Notes: generated from the sequence alone by a model not told the origin. Positions 18,254 through 26,253 are shown, counted from the first letter of the stretch. The stretch: 64,000 bases of DNA from an uncultured Gammaproteobacteria bacterium (GCA_964597575.1 CAZQXB010000001.1:128964-192963), one strand, 5' to 3'. Translations and numbers: made by a program.

Positions 18254-18646
18254 ATGTTTCATTCTCTTTTAGCGCGGGTAACGGTAACTGTCGTTGCGCT
18301 TTCACTTTGGCTTGTGCCAGTCGCCTTTGCCCAAAATCTTGGGCTCGATAAAGCAAGAACTGCAGCCGGAAGTGCGGGGTATAATCAATACACCACAGAA
18401 ACGACTTTTGCGGAAACCCTGGGAACCGTAGTCAAAGCGGCTCTTTCGTTTGTGGGCGTAATCTTCCTTATTCTCATGGTTTACGCAGGATACTTATGGA
18501 TGACCGCCCGAGGAGACGAAGGAAAGGTCGATAAAGCGACCGACATTATTCGCGCGGCAATTATTGGTTTTATTATCACGATGGGCGCGTATAGCATTAC
18601 AGCATTTGTTGTGCCTGCAATTTTAGAGAGAACCGTTGCTAACTAA
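18254..18646 (+). CDS. array paralog 10 (minimal)
   Basis: Start set at MFHSLL, 2 nt after the previous stop. Module LILMVYAGYLWMTARGDEGKVDKA. A 56-nt tract is nearly identical to one in paralog 9. Confidence 0.6.
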   Translation: MFHSLLARVTVTVVALSLWLVPVAFAQNLGLDKARTAAGSAGYNQYTTETTFAETLGTVVKAALSFVGVIFLILMVYAGYLWMTARGDEGKVDKATDIIRAAIIGFIITMGAYSITAFVVPAILERTVAN

Positions 18647-18650
18647 TTTT

Positions 18651-19175
18651 ATGATGAACTGGGGACGTGGAAAAAAAATACTCTTCACCATCTGTGCTCT
18701 TTTTTTAATGCTCCCGGTTTTTGCACAGGCCCAATCACTCCGAACAAATATCATGGATCAAATTCGGGTGGGAGGGGAAAGTGCGAGTTATAATTCTTCA
18801 GTAGATAATCCGCAAACATTTGCGGCTGGGCTTATACAAATATTTTTAGGCCTCTTAGCCACTATTTTTCTCATTCTTATCCTCATGAGCGGATACTGGT
18901 TGATTACGGCCCGGGGAGATGAGAGTAAGTATGATAAGGCACTCTCTACGATCAAGCGGGCGATCATTGGATTTACGCTTGTCATTGCATCATATGCGCT
19001 TGTTAGTTTGATTGCTCGGGTTATAGTTTCGAGCACCGTGCCGGATGTTGATAGGGTGCGTTGTGTACCAGATCGAAGTGTTCCAGGTACAATCGACACC
19101 AGTGCTTGCGCTCGGTTTATTGATGAATCAAGTTGTTTAGCAGCAGACATGTCCGATTGCTTATGGATGCCATAA
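18651..19175 (+). CDS. array paralog 11 with short C-terminal 4-Cys tail
   Basis: ATG start at MMNWGRG; the longer ORF starts with TTG. Signal peptide …VFAQA|Q, module ILILMSGYWLITARGDESKYDKA, and the C-terminal tail …RCVPD…SACARFIDESSCLAADMSDC. Confidence 0.55.
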   Translation: MMNWGRGKKILFTICALFLMLPVFAQAQSLRTNIMDQIRVGGESASYNSSVDNPQTFAAGLIQIFLGLLATIFLILILMSGYWLITARGDESKYDKALSTIKRAIIGFTLVIASYALVSLIARVIVSSTVPDVDRVRCVPDRSVPGTIDTSACARFIDESSCLAADMSDCLWMP

Positions 19176-19180
19176 TTCGT

Positions 19181-19693
19181 ATGACCCACCCTATATCAAA
19201 AATACGTTGGCTTAGTACATTCGTAGGCTTTATCCTTTGTTGCCTCTTTTTGCCTACTTTTGTTTTGGCACAAAGCCCACTTTCTCCTTTTACTCCTCCG
19301 CCACCTGGTGCGCATATTGATACACAGACAGAAGCATTTCTCGGACAGCGTGGGGTTGGAACAGGAACAACGACGTATGATGTACGAAGTGTTGTCGCAA
19401 ACATTGTTCGGGGCGCAACCGGACTCCTTGGTATTATTTTTATTATATATGCCGTATACGGCGGGATGATGATTCTTACTTCTGCTGGGGATGAAGATAA
19501 AGTGGCTGTCGGAAAAAGTTCGATTCGCACTGCTACACTTGGGGTTTTAATTAGTTTTGGGGCGTATGCGATTACCACGTTTGTCACTTCAGCAATTTTG
19601 CGAAGTAGTGCGGCTACAAATGAACGCGAGAGCTTCATTGAGTTTAGTAGGGATCCTGATATAAATCTCGATCTTGATCCGAATGCACCATAG
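19181..19693 (+). CDS. array paralog 12
   Basis: Start set at MTHPIS after the paralog-11 stop. Signal peptide …FVLA|Q and module FIIYAVYGGMMILTSAGDEDKVAVGKS. Confidence 0.55.
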   Translation: MTHPISKIRWLSTFVGFILCCLFLPTFVLAQSPLSPFTPPPPGAHIDTQTEAFLGQRGVGTGTTTYDVRSVVANIVRGATGLLGIIFIIYAVYGGMMILTSAGDEDKVAVGKSSIRTATLGVLISFGAYAITTFVTSAILRSSAATNERESFIEFSRDPDINLDLDPNAP

Positions 19694-19720
19694 GTGTCGT
19701 TTCCTTAAATAGGAAAAAAT

Positions 19721-19750
19721 AAAAGAATCACCGAAAGGCGATTCTTTTAT
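19721..19750. terminator. bidirectional intrinsic terminator closing the array
   Basis: Stem AAAAGAATCACC / GGCGATTCTTTT with loop GAAA. It is flanked by A-rich sequence on one side and T-rich on the other, and sits between converging genes. Confidence 0.65.
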
Positions 19751-19759
19751 TTATGATTG

Positions 19760-20872
19760 TTATTGGAGGGAGGAGAGGATCGTGTCGACGGCAGGCAGTA
19801 AGGGTTTAGTGCCTTTGGGGGCGGTATACCCGTGCCCCAGCGCCTCTGGTTTCTGGCCGATATAGTAAAGAAGATCAGACAGCGAGCGAGCCACAACCCC
19901 ATACCCGTGTTCAAGAATAAACTCCACATTGTGTTCTTCTTGCCCAGGAATCGGTTGAATCGCAAGGATTGGTTTTTGGAGAACGATACATTCGCTTGTG
20001 GTGAGTCCGCCTGGTTTTGTAATAATGATATCGGCCATTTTCATATAGCTTTCGAGTTCATCCGTCCAGCCAAGGGCAGTGAGATGAATGTGAGGAGGAG
20101 GAGACATGGCGTTCAGTTTTTGAGCTAGCACCGTATTTTTTCCGGCCACTGCGATAATGGTTGTTTTTTTAGGGAGACGGAACAGTGTCTCTACAATTTT
20201 TGTGAGGTCAATGAGGCCCTCTCCCCCTGAGAGAACCAAAATAGTCTGCACTTCCGGGTCATACCCATACGCCTTTTTTAGGGCGTGAGCAGAATAGGGT
20301 TCATAGAAAGAAGTATTTATGGGGATTCCAGAAACAATGATCTGAGACTCCTTTAGCCCTGCTTCAATCAGTTTGAATTGCATTTTTTCTGTGGCGACAA
20401 AGAACTGATTAATATCATTTGATACAAACAGCGCGTGTTTGTCGTAATCAGTTAAGACGAGGCTTATTGGCACCTCTTTTAAAAAGTCCGGTCGGTCATT
20501 CCCGAGGGTCTGTGTTGGTAAATAATGGGTTCCAATGATATGTGTGGGTGCATATTCCTGCACATGCCGGAGAAAGGCCTTTGTGTTTACGTGTGAGAAG
20601 CGTTTGCTTAAGCGTGACCAGTGGGAGTCCTTCTTTTCTTTATTTGTTGAATTGTAGATCAGCCCCCATACTTGCGGTGCCTGCTTAATAAGCAAAGTAT
20701 ACGAGCGAGTAAATGCTGTTTTGTAGGCTTTTGAGACGTGGTCCATCATGTCAATGTGGGTAGCCTCAATTCCGAGTGCCCGCGCACGCGCTACAATCGC
20801 TTCTGCGGCCCGTACATGACCTGCACCAACAGAAACTGACACACAGAGGATTTTCTTTTGTGGGGAAGACAT
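19760..20872 (-). CDS. GT28-family glycosyltransferase (MGDG synthase / UgtP-like diacylglycerol glycosyltransferase)
   Basis: The N-terminal Gly-rich motif ILCVSVSVGAGHVRAAEAI and the C-terminal nucleotide-sugar-binding half are present. The start was trimmed to MSSPQKK because the longer ORF would run into tRNA-His. Confidence 0.7.
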   Translation of the reverse strand: MSSPQKKILCVSVSVGAGHVRAAEAIVARARALGIEATHIDMMDHVSKAYKTAFTRSYTLLIKQAPQVWGLIYNSTNKEKKDSHWSRLSKRFSHVNTKAFLRHVQEYAPTHIIGTHYLPTQTLGNDRPDFLKEVPISLVLTDYDKHALFVSNDINQFFVATEKMQFKLIEAGLKESQIIVSGIPINTSFYEPYSAHALKKAYGYDPEVQTILVLSGGEGLIDLTKIVETLFRLPKKTTIIAVAGKNTVLAQKLNAMSPPPHIHLTALGWTDELESYMKMADIIITKPGGLTTSECIVLQKPILAIQPIPGQEEHNVEFILEHGYGVVARSLSDLLYYIGQKPEALGHGYTAPKGTKPLLPAVDTILSSLQ

Positions 20873-20944
20873 ATAATCAATTGTAACACAGGGTCTATAA
20901 ACACAAAACACCCAAATTGGGTGTTTCGCTTCGTTTTCCCCTAC

Positions 20945-21021
20945 TGGGGTGACTAACGGGAATCGAACCCGTGATAAGGGTACCACAAACCCCTGTGTTA
21001 CCTCTACACCATAGTCACCCC
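20945..21021 (-). tRNA. tRNA-His (anticodon GTG)
   Basis: The reverse complement folds as a cloverleaf: acceptor stem GGGGTGA/TCACCCC with an extra 5' G, anticodon stem GGGGT/ACCCT with loop TTGTGGT, and T-arm ACGGG-TTCGATT-CCCGT. The 3' half closely resembles E. coli tRNA-His. Confidence 0.85.
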
Positions 21022-21092
21022 GCTAGAGAAAAACTAGGCCTAGTATACACGAGAAAAGGTACGGTGTCAATGGTGTGGCTCTGTGGAAGAGG

Positions 21093-21839
21093 CTACTTTC
21101 CCATGCGTTCAAAGGCACGGAGGATTTCGAGGGGTACGGCAAAAATAATCGTATTTGATTGGTCTGAACTCACATCATTAATTGTAGAAAGCGTTCGGAG
21201 GTGAAGTGCTCCAGGAGAACTTCCTAGAATATTCGCTGCTTCTGCGATATTTTTTGCTGCCATGACCTCACCTTCAGCCTTAATAATAACCGCGCGTTTT
21301 TCACGTTCTGCCTCTGCCTGTTTCGCAATAACGCGCTGCATGTCATCGGGGAGAATAATATCTTTCAATTCAACACTTTCTACTTTAATACCCCATGGAT
21401 CTGTAGCAAGATCGACAATAGAGCGAATTTTTTTGGCCGCAGCTTCACGATTTGCGAGGAGTTCATCGAGCTCCATTTCACCAACCACGTTGCGCATGGT
21501 TGTTTGGGCCAACTGAGACACAGCGTATCCAAAGTTTTCTACTTCAAGAAATGCTCGAGCAGCATCACTTACTTTGTAGTAGATAACAGCATTAATCTTA
21601 GCCGAAACATTATCGCGAGTAATAGCCTCCTGAAGAGGAACGTCAACTGCTTTGGTGCGAATATCAACCTTGCGAAGTCCCTGAATGATCGGCAAAATAA
21701 CGTGCCAGCCTGGAGCAAGGAGCGTGGCGAACTTACCAAATTGGAATTTTACCCCACGTTCATATTGGTTCACTTGACGAATTCCAGAGATAACGATGAG
21801 TAAAACGACGAAACCAACAATTGAGATTATTTCGGGCAT
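21093..21839 (-). CDS. SPFH/band-7 (stomatin-like) membrane protein
   Basis: An N-terminal TM helix is followed by an SPFH domain (…YERGVKFQFGKFATLLAPGWHVILPIIQ…VDVPLQEAITRDNV…). Confidence 0.8.
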   Translation of the reverse strand: MPEIISIVGFVVLLIVISGIRQVNQYERGVKFQFGKFATLLAPGWHVILPIIQGLRKVDIRTKAVDVPLQEAITRDNVSAKINAVIYYKVSDAARAFLEVENFGYAVSQLAQTTMRNVVGEMELDELLANREAAAKKIRSIVDLATDPWGIKVESVELKDIILPDDMQRVIAKQAEAEREKRAVIIKAEGEVMAAKNIAEAANILGSSPGALHLRTLSTINDVSSDQSNTIIFAVPLEILRAFERMGK

Positions 21840-21865
21840 ATGCGAAAGAAAGAAATAATTTTTTG

Positions 21866-21937
21866 TGTCCCTGCTAGGAATCGAACCTAGATCTAGAGCT
21901 TAGAAGGCTCTCGTTCTATCCATTGAACTACAAGGAC
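21866..21937 (-). tRNA. tRNA-Arg (anticodon TCT)
   Basis: The reverse complement is GTCCTTGTAGTTCAATGGATAGAACGAGAGCCTTCTAAGCTCTAGATCTAGGTTCGATTCCTAGCAGGGACA. It has a 7-bp acceptor stem, D-stem GTTC/GAAC, anticodon stem AGAGC/GCTCT with loop CTTCTAA, and T-arm CTAGG-TTCGATT-CCTAG. Confidence 0.9.
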
Positions 21938-21979
21938 GTATGTAGGCTAAGAGTAGTGAATCCTGAGGCGTTTGTCAAT

Positions 21980-22981
21980 CTAGGACGACCGTGCCTTCCC
22001 ATGGAATTTCTTGTGAATATTGCGTAATTCCTTATCCGTAATGTGGGTATAGATTTGGGTTGTTGTAATAGAGGAGTGACCAAGCATAGTCTGTACACTT
22101 CGGATGTCGGCCCCATTATAGAGGAGGTCTGTGGCATAGGAGTGTCGCAGAGTGTGGGGGGAGACTCGTTTCGTAATCCCAGCAGCTTTGGCATACGAGC
22201 GAACGAGTCGTTGGATTGAGCGAACGGTGAACGGAGTATCTTCTTTTTCCATCTTTTTCCCTTTGACGAGTACTGATTTTTGCCTTCGGCTATCGTGGGA
22301 TACAAAAAGGTAAGGGTTAGGGTCAAATCGTCGGCTAAGGTACTGCTTCAGCCAATAGCGAGCTTGGTCAGAAAGGAATACGATACGTGTCTTTCTTCCT
22401 TTTCCTGTCACGGTAAACTCCTCTTTGCTAATATTGATACTCTCGCGCTTGAGATTCGCAAGTTCAGAAACACGGAGGCCCGTCGAAAAAAAGAGCTCCA
22501 GTATGGCCTTATCACGAAAAGCGATGCGCTCTTCATCAGAAACGGCCCCAGGGTCAGTGGGGGGCTTGGAATTGGCCTTTATGCCGTAGACTACAAACGG
22601 TGCCTCGAGGATTCTCTCTAAATCATTGCTCTCAAGAAAGCTCACTTCACGGTCGGGCATTTTCATGAGTTCAATTTTTTCCGGAGAAAGAGATTGAATG
22701 TCGCGTTTGGCGAGGTATTTTAAAAAGGTGCGGAGCGCAATCAAATGATAGTTCTGTGTATTCTTCTTAAGAGGGGTGCCGTGAACATCGACGAGGCGAT
22801 TTAACCACAATCGATACTTTCGTACGGCTTCATCGGTGATCGTGGCAGGGGATTTCTTCTCGCCGTGCCACTCAATAAATCGTTTTAAGTAAAAATCGTA
22901 ATTTCGTAGCGTTAAATTGCTTCGGTTTCGTTCAATTTCTAAATATTCTAAGAATTGTTGGTGTAATTTTTCGAGAATCAT
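21980..22981 (-). CDS. xerC: tyrosine site-specific recombinase XerC/XerD family
   Basis: The C-terminal catalytic motif …HTLRHSYATDLLYNGADIRSVQTMLGHSSITTTQIYTHI is present, together with an N-terminal SAM-like domain. Confidence 0.85.
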   Translation of the reverse strand: MILEKLHQQFLEYLEIERNRSNLTLRNYDFYLKRFIEWHGEKKSPATITDEAVRKYRLWLNRLVDVHGTPLKKNTQNYHLIALRTFLKYLAKRDIQSLSPEKIELMKMPDREVSFLESNDLERILEAPFVVYGIKANSKPPTDPGAVSDEERIAFRDKAILELFFSTGLRVSELANLKRESINISKEEFTVTGKGRKTRIVFLSDQARYWLKQYLSRRFDPNPYLFVSHDSRRQKSVLVKGKKMEKEDTPFTVRSIQRLVRSYAKAAGITKRVSPHTLRHSYATDLLYNGADIRSVQTMLGHSSITTTQIYTHITDKELRNIHKKFHGKARSS

Positions 22982-23003
22982 ACAAAAATATTATACGACA
23001 TAC

Positions 23004-23032
23004 TTGACAAAACGTCAAAAATGTGCTATACT
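23004..23032 (+). promoter_or_regulatory. near-consensus sigma70-type promoter TTGACA-17-TATACT
   Basis: Exact TTGACA, a 17-nt spacer and TATACT. It would drive a transcript of about 260 nt ending at the terminator at 23289. Confidence 0.55.
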
Positions 23033-23153
23033 GTGTATATGAAATGCTAAAGAAAGCGAAAAAATTGTAAAAATTTTCTCGAACAAAGCAAACAAAAATA
23101 TTTTCGAGAAAAAGTCGGTCAAAAAATAATAACACAAACATAAACACACATAT

Positions 23154-23297
23154 ATGCAAGGCAAAAAATTGTCGAGTGAATCTTTGTCGTGGTCAAAAGA
23201 AAATGTAGGAACATCGTTTGTCTACTACTATCTTTGCACTGGTTTGGTCGTTGCTGTCGCAGTATTCTTATTTTTACCTCGTATTTCAGCCGGTTGA
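23154..23297 (+). CDS. candidate small hydrophobic peptide (47 aa), unannotated ORF
   Basis: Sequence MQGKKLSSESLSWSKENVGTSFVYYYLCTGLVVAVAVFLFLPRISAG. The stop codon lies inside the terminator hairpin. The ORF is preceded by ACACACATAT and is below the 60-aa cut-off of the ORF track. Confidence 0.3.
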   Translation: MQGKKLSSESLSWSKENVGTSFVYYYLCTGLVVAVAVFLFLPRISAG

Positions 23298-23310
23298 TCG
23301 CCGGTTTTTT
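23289..23310 (+). terminator. intrinsic terminator
   Basis: Stem GCCGG / CCGGC with loop TTGATCG, followed by TTTTTT. Confidence 0.65.
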
Positions 23311-23490
23311 CGTCTGAATTTTTGTAAATATTATATTCTATCGGTAATATCGACCTAATATAACTGCCTGTCTATGTAAGTCGTACATCATACAAACATA
23401 CAAAGCCAAAACACAACAAAAAATCAATCGTTCTTTGAAAAAAGGTTAGAGCACTATTCATTCGTTTTATACATCTTTTAACACACACAT

Positions 23491-23598
23491 ATGAGTTTAC
23501 ACATGAAATATATTGGAGTATTGCCAATCGAAGATAACATGTTTATGTCCCTCGTTGCCCTTTTCGTTTCAATTGGGACATTTTGCGCAGTCTTGTAA
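23491..23598 (+). CDS. candidate small hydrophobic peptide (35 aa), unannotated ORF
   Basis: Sequence MSLHMKYIGVLPIEDNMFMSLVALFVSIGTFCAVL. It is also preceded by ACACACACATAT and followed by a terminator. Confidence 0.25.
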   Translation: MSLHMKYIGVLPIEDNMFMSLVALFVSIGTFCAVL

Positions 23599-23609
23599 GA
23601 GAAGAATGA

Positions 23610-23634
23610 GCGGCCAATTTTGGCCGCTTTTCTT
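23610..23634 (+). terminator. intrinsic terminator
   Basis: Stem GCGGCCA / TGGCCGC with loop ATTT, followed by TTTTCTT. Confidence 0.65.
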
Positions 23635-23696
23635 GTCTTAGAAGTGGGTGAGGTATATACTTAAAAAAAGAACATAACTTCTTATTTGTACGTTGT

Positions 23697-24968
23697 ATGC
23701 TCAAGTTGACAGTGGTGGCGGGTGCATTTGCCGGCTTTTTGGCGGCAAGCCCTGTTTTATCGCAGGGGGTACTTGTGGAAACAATACCGGTGGAGGCAAA
23801 TACCATGGCTACGGTTGAGGTTATAGAACAGGAATCAGCCGTTCAGGCTGAGGCTGCGGTTCAGGCAGATGTTGAAGGAGACACTTCTGCTGTGGCACCA
23901 ACGCCTGCGGCTTCTCCTACACGTCCCCCCGGTGGGCTCGGTCTCTTTTTCTTCGGACTTCGAGAGCGATTATCCATACTCACCACAGTTAATCCTATAA
24001 AAAAAGCAGAAAAGCAAGCCGCTTTTGCAGAAGAGCGTCTAAAGATTGCGGAACGTATTTTAGGTTCAAATCCGAACGAAGAGGCAAAAAATAAAGCGAA
24101 CGAAGTCATAAAACGAGCCGAAAATTTACTCTCAGCTGCAGAAAAACGAGAAGAATTTCTCAAAAATAATCCCGACGCTGCTTCATCTGCCGCCCTTCGT
24201 AATATTGCAAATAGTCAGGTGCGGGTGGGGCAGGTGCTTGATCGTATCGAGACTCGTTTACCTGAGAGTGCTCGTGAAACATTTCAAATTCGTCGTGAAT
24301 CGGTTGAAGACAAAAGTCGTGGGCTGATTCGCGCCATTCAAAATGACAATATGCCAGAGGAGGTAAAAGAGCACCTTAAGGAGGTCCAAGCCTCGATTGA
24401 GTTACGGGCAGAGGCAGCTAAAGAATTTCGCATTGAGCGCGAAGAGATTTTAAGAAAAGCCCAAGCCGGGGATGAGGCGGCTAAAAATGATCTTAAAGAG
24501 CTCTATGCTGAACGCAAGGCCACGCTCCAAGAGGTTCGAGAAGAGTATCTCGAAGCACGCGAGAGTTTAAAAGAAGCTGCAAAAAATGGAAATGCTACCG
24601 CAGAGAAGACACTAAAAGCGTTAAATAGAGTAGAAGGAATCCAAGGGGAGGTTCGTGATACGATGCGGGAAAAACAAGATGAACGTCGAGAAGAGGTAAA
24701 AGTTCGCCTCGAATCTGAGGTAAAGGCTGGGAATGTTGAGGCAGAAAAGAAGTTGGAAGTTATGCAAAAGGTGGACGACAGGCTCGACGCCCGTGATGTT
24801 CGTTTGGATGAACGTCGAGAAGAGGTAAAGCAAGTACGACCCCTTCGGGTAAAACCAGTGGAAGTGAAAAAAGAGTCATCTCTTCCGGCGGTACGAGCAA
24901 TACAGCGAGCCAAACAATTGCCGCCAATTGCTGAAGAACGAAAAGCTGGGGTTGAGGCCGAACTTTAA
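23697..24968 (+). CDS. secreted charged coiled-coil repeat protein (hypothetical)
   Basis: A signal peptide (…SPVLSQG) is followed by a Pro/Ala linker and a Glu/Lys/Arg-rich helical region with internal repeats of about 40 aa (…EAEKKLEVMQKVDDRLDARDVRLDERREEVK…). Confidence 0.5.
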   Translation: MLKLTVVAGAFAGFLAASPVLSQGVLVETIPVEANTMATVEVIEQESAVQAEAAVQADVEGDTSAVAPTPAASPTRPPGGLGLFFFGLRERLSILTTVNPIKKAEKQAAFAEERLKIAERILGSNPNEEAKNKANEVIKRAENLLSAAEKREEFLKNNPDAASSAALRNIANSQVRVGQVLDRIETRLPESARETFQIRRESVEDKSRGLIRAIQNDNMPEEVKEHLKEVQASIELRAEAAKEFRIEREEILRKAQAGDEAAKNDLKELYAERKATLQEVREEYLEARESLKEAAKNGNATAEKTLKALNRVEGIQGEVRDTMREKQDERREEVKVRLESEVKAGNVEAEKKLEVMQKVDDRLDARDVRLDERREEVKQVRPLRVKPVEVKKESSLPAVRAIQRAKQLPPIAEERKAGVEAEL

Positions 24969-25037
24969 AAATGTCCGTCCAGGGCATAGGGAGCAACCCG
25001 TAAGGGTTGCTTTTTTACTCTAAAGTTTCTATGATAC

Positions 25038-25529
25038 GTGAGCTTTATGGATGTTTTACCAAAACTTTCTATCCTTCTTCCGAATATCCGCTCGTGCCAT
25101 AACGTTGGCGCGGTTTTTCGTACCGCCGATGCGTGTGCTTTTGATAAGGTATATTTAGGTGGTTATACGGCATGCCCACCGAAGCCGCAAATCGACAAAG
25201 TGTCGCTTGGGGCAGAAAAAGTTGTTCCCTTTGAGCACATTTCTGATGTGTCGGCATTTCTTTTTCGTTTGAAGCAGCAAGGCGTTTCTATTATTTCTCT
25301 TGAAAAGACGAACGCGAGCATCCCACTTGAAGAAGTCCCGCTTCGTGAACCAACTCTTTTAGTACTTGGTAACGAGGTGGATGGGGTATCGGATGATGTG
25401 CAATCCATTTCCGACTATGCTGCTCATATTCCCATGTATGGCATCAAAGAAAGCCTCAATGTAAGTATTGCAGCCGGTATTGCCATGTATACGCTCCGCC
25501 GTCGACTTGGGCCTCCGGACCGTGTGTGA
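25038..25529 (+). CDS. SpoU/TrmH-family RNA 2'-O-methyltransferase
   Basis: SPOUT-fold motifs are present (LVLGNEVDGVSDDV…IPMYGIKESLNVSIAAGIAMY). Confidence 0.75.
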   Translation: MSFMDVLPKLSILLPNIRSCHNVGAVFRTADACAFDKVYLGGYTACPPKPQIDKVSLGAEKVVPFEHISDVSAFLFRLKQQGVSIISLEKTNASIPLEEVPLREPTLLVLGNEVDGVSDDVQSISDYAAHIPMYGIKESLNVSIAAGIAMYTLRRRLGPPDRV

Positions 25530-25545
25530 TATACTTTTGGTATGT

Positions 25546-26250
25546 ATGGAGTACTTGTCTATCCGTCATACCATCGATATTTTCGAACGGCTCTTTCGAC
25601 GCATGCCGCCTTTGGTTCCCGAAGGTGTGGTAACCGACATGGCTGCTGCTTTGGAACAGGTTCGTTTGAATAACACGCTCACGTTGGAACAGGTGGAAGA
25701 AACGGTTCTTTTGTTTGGTAAACGTTTGTGGCCGCATCGGAAAGCGTTTGCAGAATTTGTTGCCATTTTCGATGGAGAAATGGGGGAAGAGTATTTTCGT
25801 GGGCATCTTTCACAAGCCCTTTCTAAGCGATATCAAGAATTTTTAGCCTACGGTGGCACCTATCGAGATTTGCACACCGGGCGACCCGCAGCGTTTTTTA
25901 CTTCAGAAGAGCGAGGAAAATTGTGTGAAGCGCTTGTTGCTACAGAACAAGATATCCGTACCTATGCTAGGCAAGCTGTGGTGAGTACAGACCGTTTACG
26001 ATATAAGGCTCGAGTGCGGGAATTTGCTGATATTTTGGTTGATATTGAGCGGCAGCTTGATAGTTTGCGCATGATGGCCGATTTAGAACAGGAGCATCCT
26101 GCCCTTGCCACAGAAATTCGCGCCCAAATCCGATCGTTTGAAGAGGGCCTGTGCTTTTTAGGAGAAGAAACGCGATACGAAGCCGTGTGCCAGGCGTTTG
26201 ATCATTTTACGGGAAGAAAAGTAGAGAAGAAATTGCGGGTACGCATTTAG
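25546..26250 (+). CDS. hypothetical protein
   Basis: Helical cytoplasmic protein of 234 aa. The start is set at MEYLS to avoid overlap with spoU. Confidence 0.4.
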   Translation: MEYLSIRHTIDIFERLFRRMPPLVPEGVVTDMAAALEQVRLNNTLTLEQVEETVLLFGKRLWPHRKAFAEFVAIFDGEMGEEYFRGHLSQALSKRYQEFLAYGGTYRDLHTGRPAAFFTSEERGKLCEALVATEQDIRTYARQAVVSTDRLRYKARVREFADILVDIERQLDSLRMMADLEQEHPALATEIRAQIRSFEEGLCFLGEETRYEAVCQAFDHFTGRKVEKKLRVRI

Positions 26251-26253
26251 CAT

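Noticed and set aside
11315-19693. Array proteins as type IV pilus (T4P) major pilins that would supply the missing pilA
   Set aside because: They lack the class III signal peptide (G|F-T-L-I-E) and the N-terminal alpha-1 helix. They have SPI sites and a two-helix hairpin instead.
19760-20986. Extended N-terminus of the glycosyltransferase ORF
   Set aside because: The extension would overlap tRNA-His (20945-21021). The internal Met at 20872 immediately precedes the conserved Gly-rich GT28 N-terminus.
21866-22981. xerC/D-like recombinase next to tRNA-Arg as the integrase of an integrated element
   Set aside because: The recombinase abuts the 5' end of the tRNA, not the 3' end. No cargo genes or direct repeats are evident. 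The N-terminal domain is XerC/D-type, so it is more likely the chromosomal dimer-resolution recombinase.
24503-24913. Minus-strand ORFs inside the coiled-coil protein gene, and similar antisense ORFs (for example 3803..4249, 4259..4900, 55647..56105, 37210..37695)
   Set aside because: They are antisense artefacts of GC-skewed or repetitive coding sequence inside well-supported genes.
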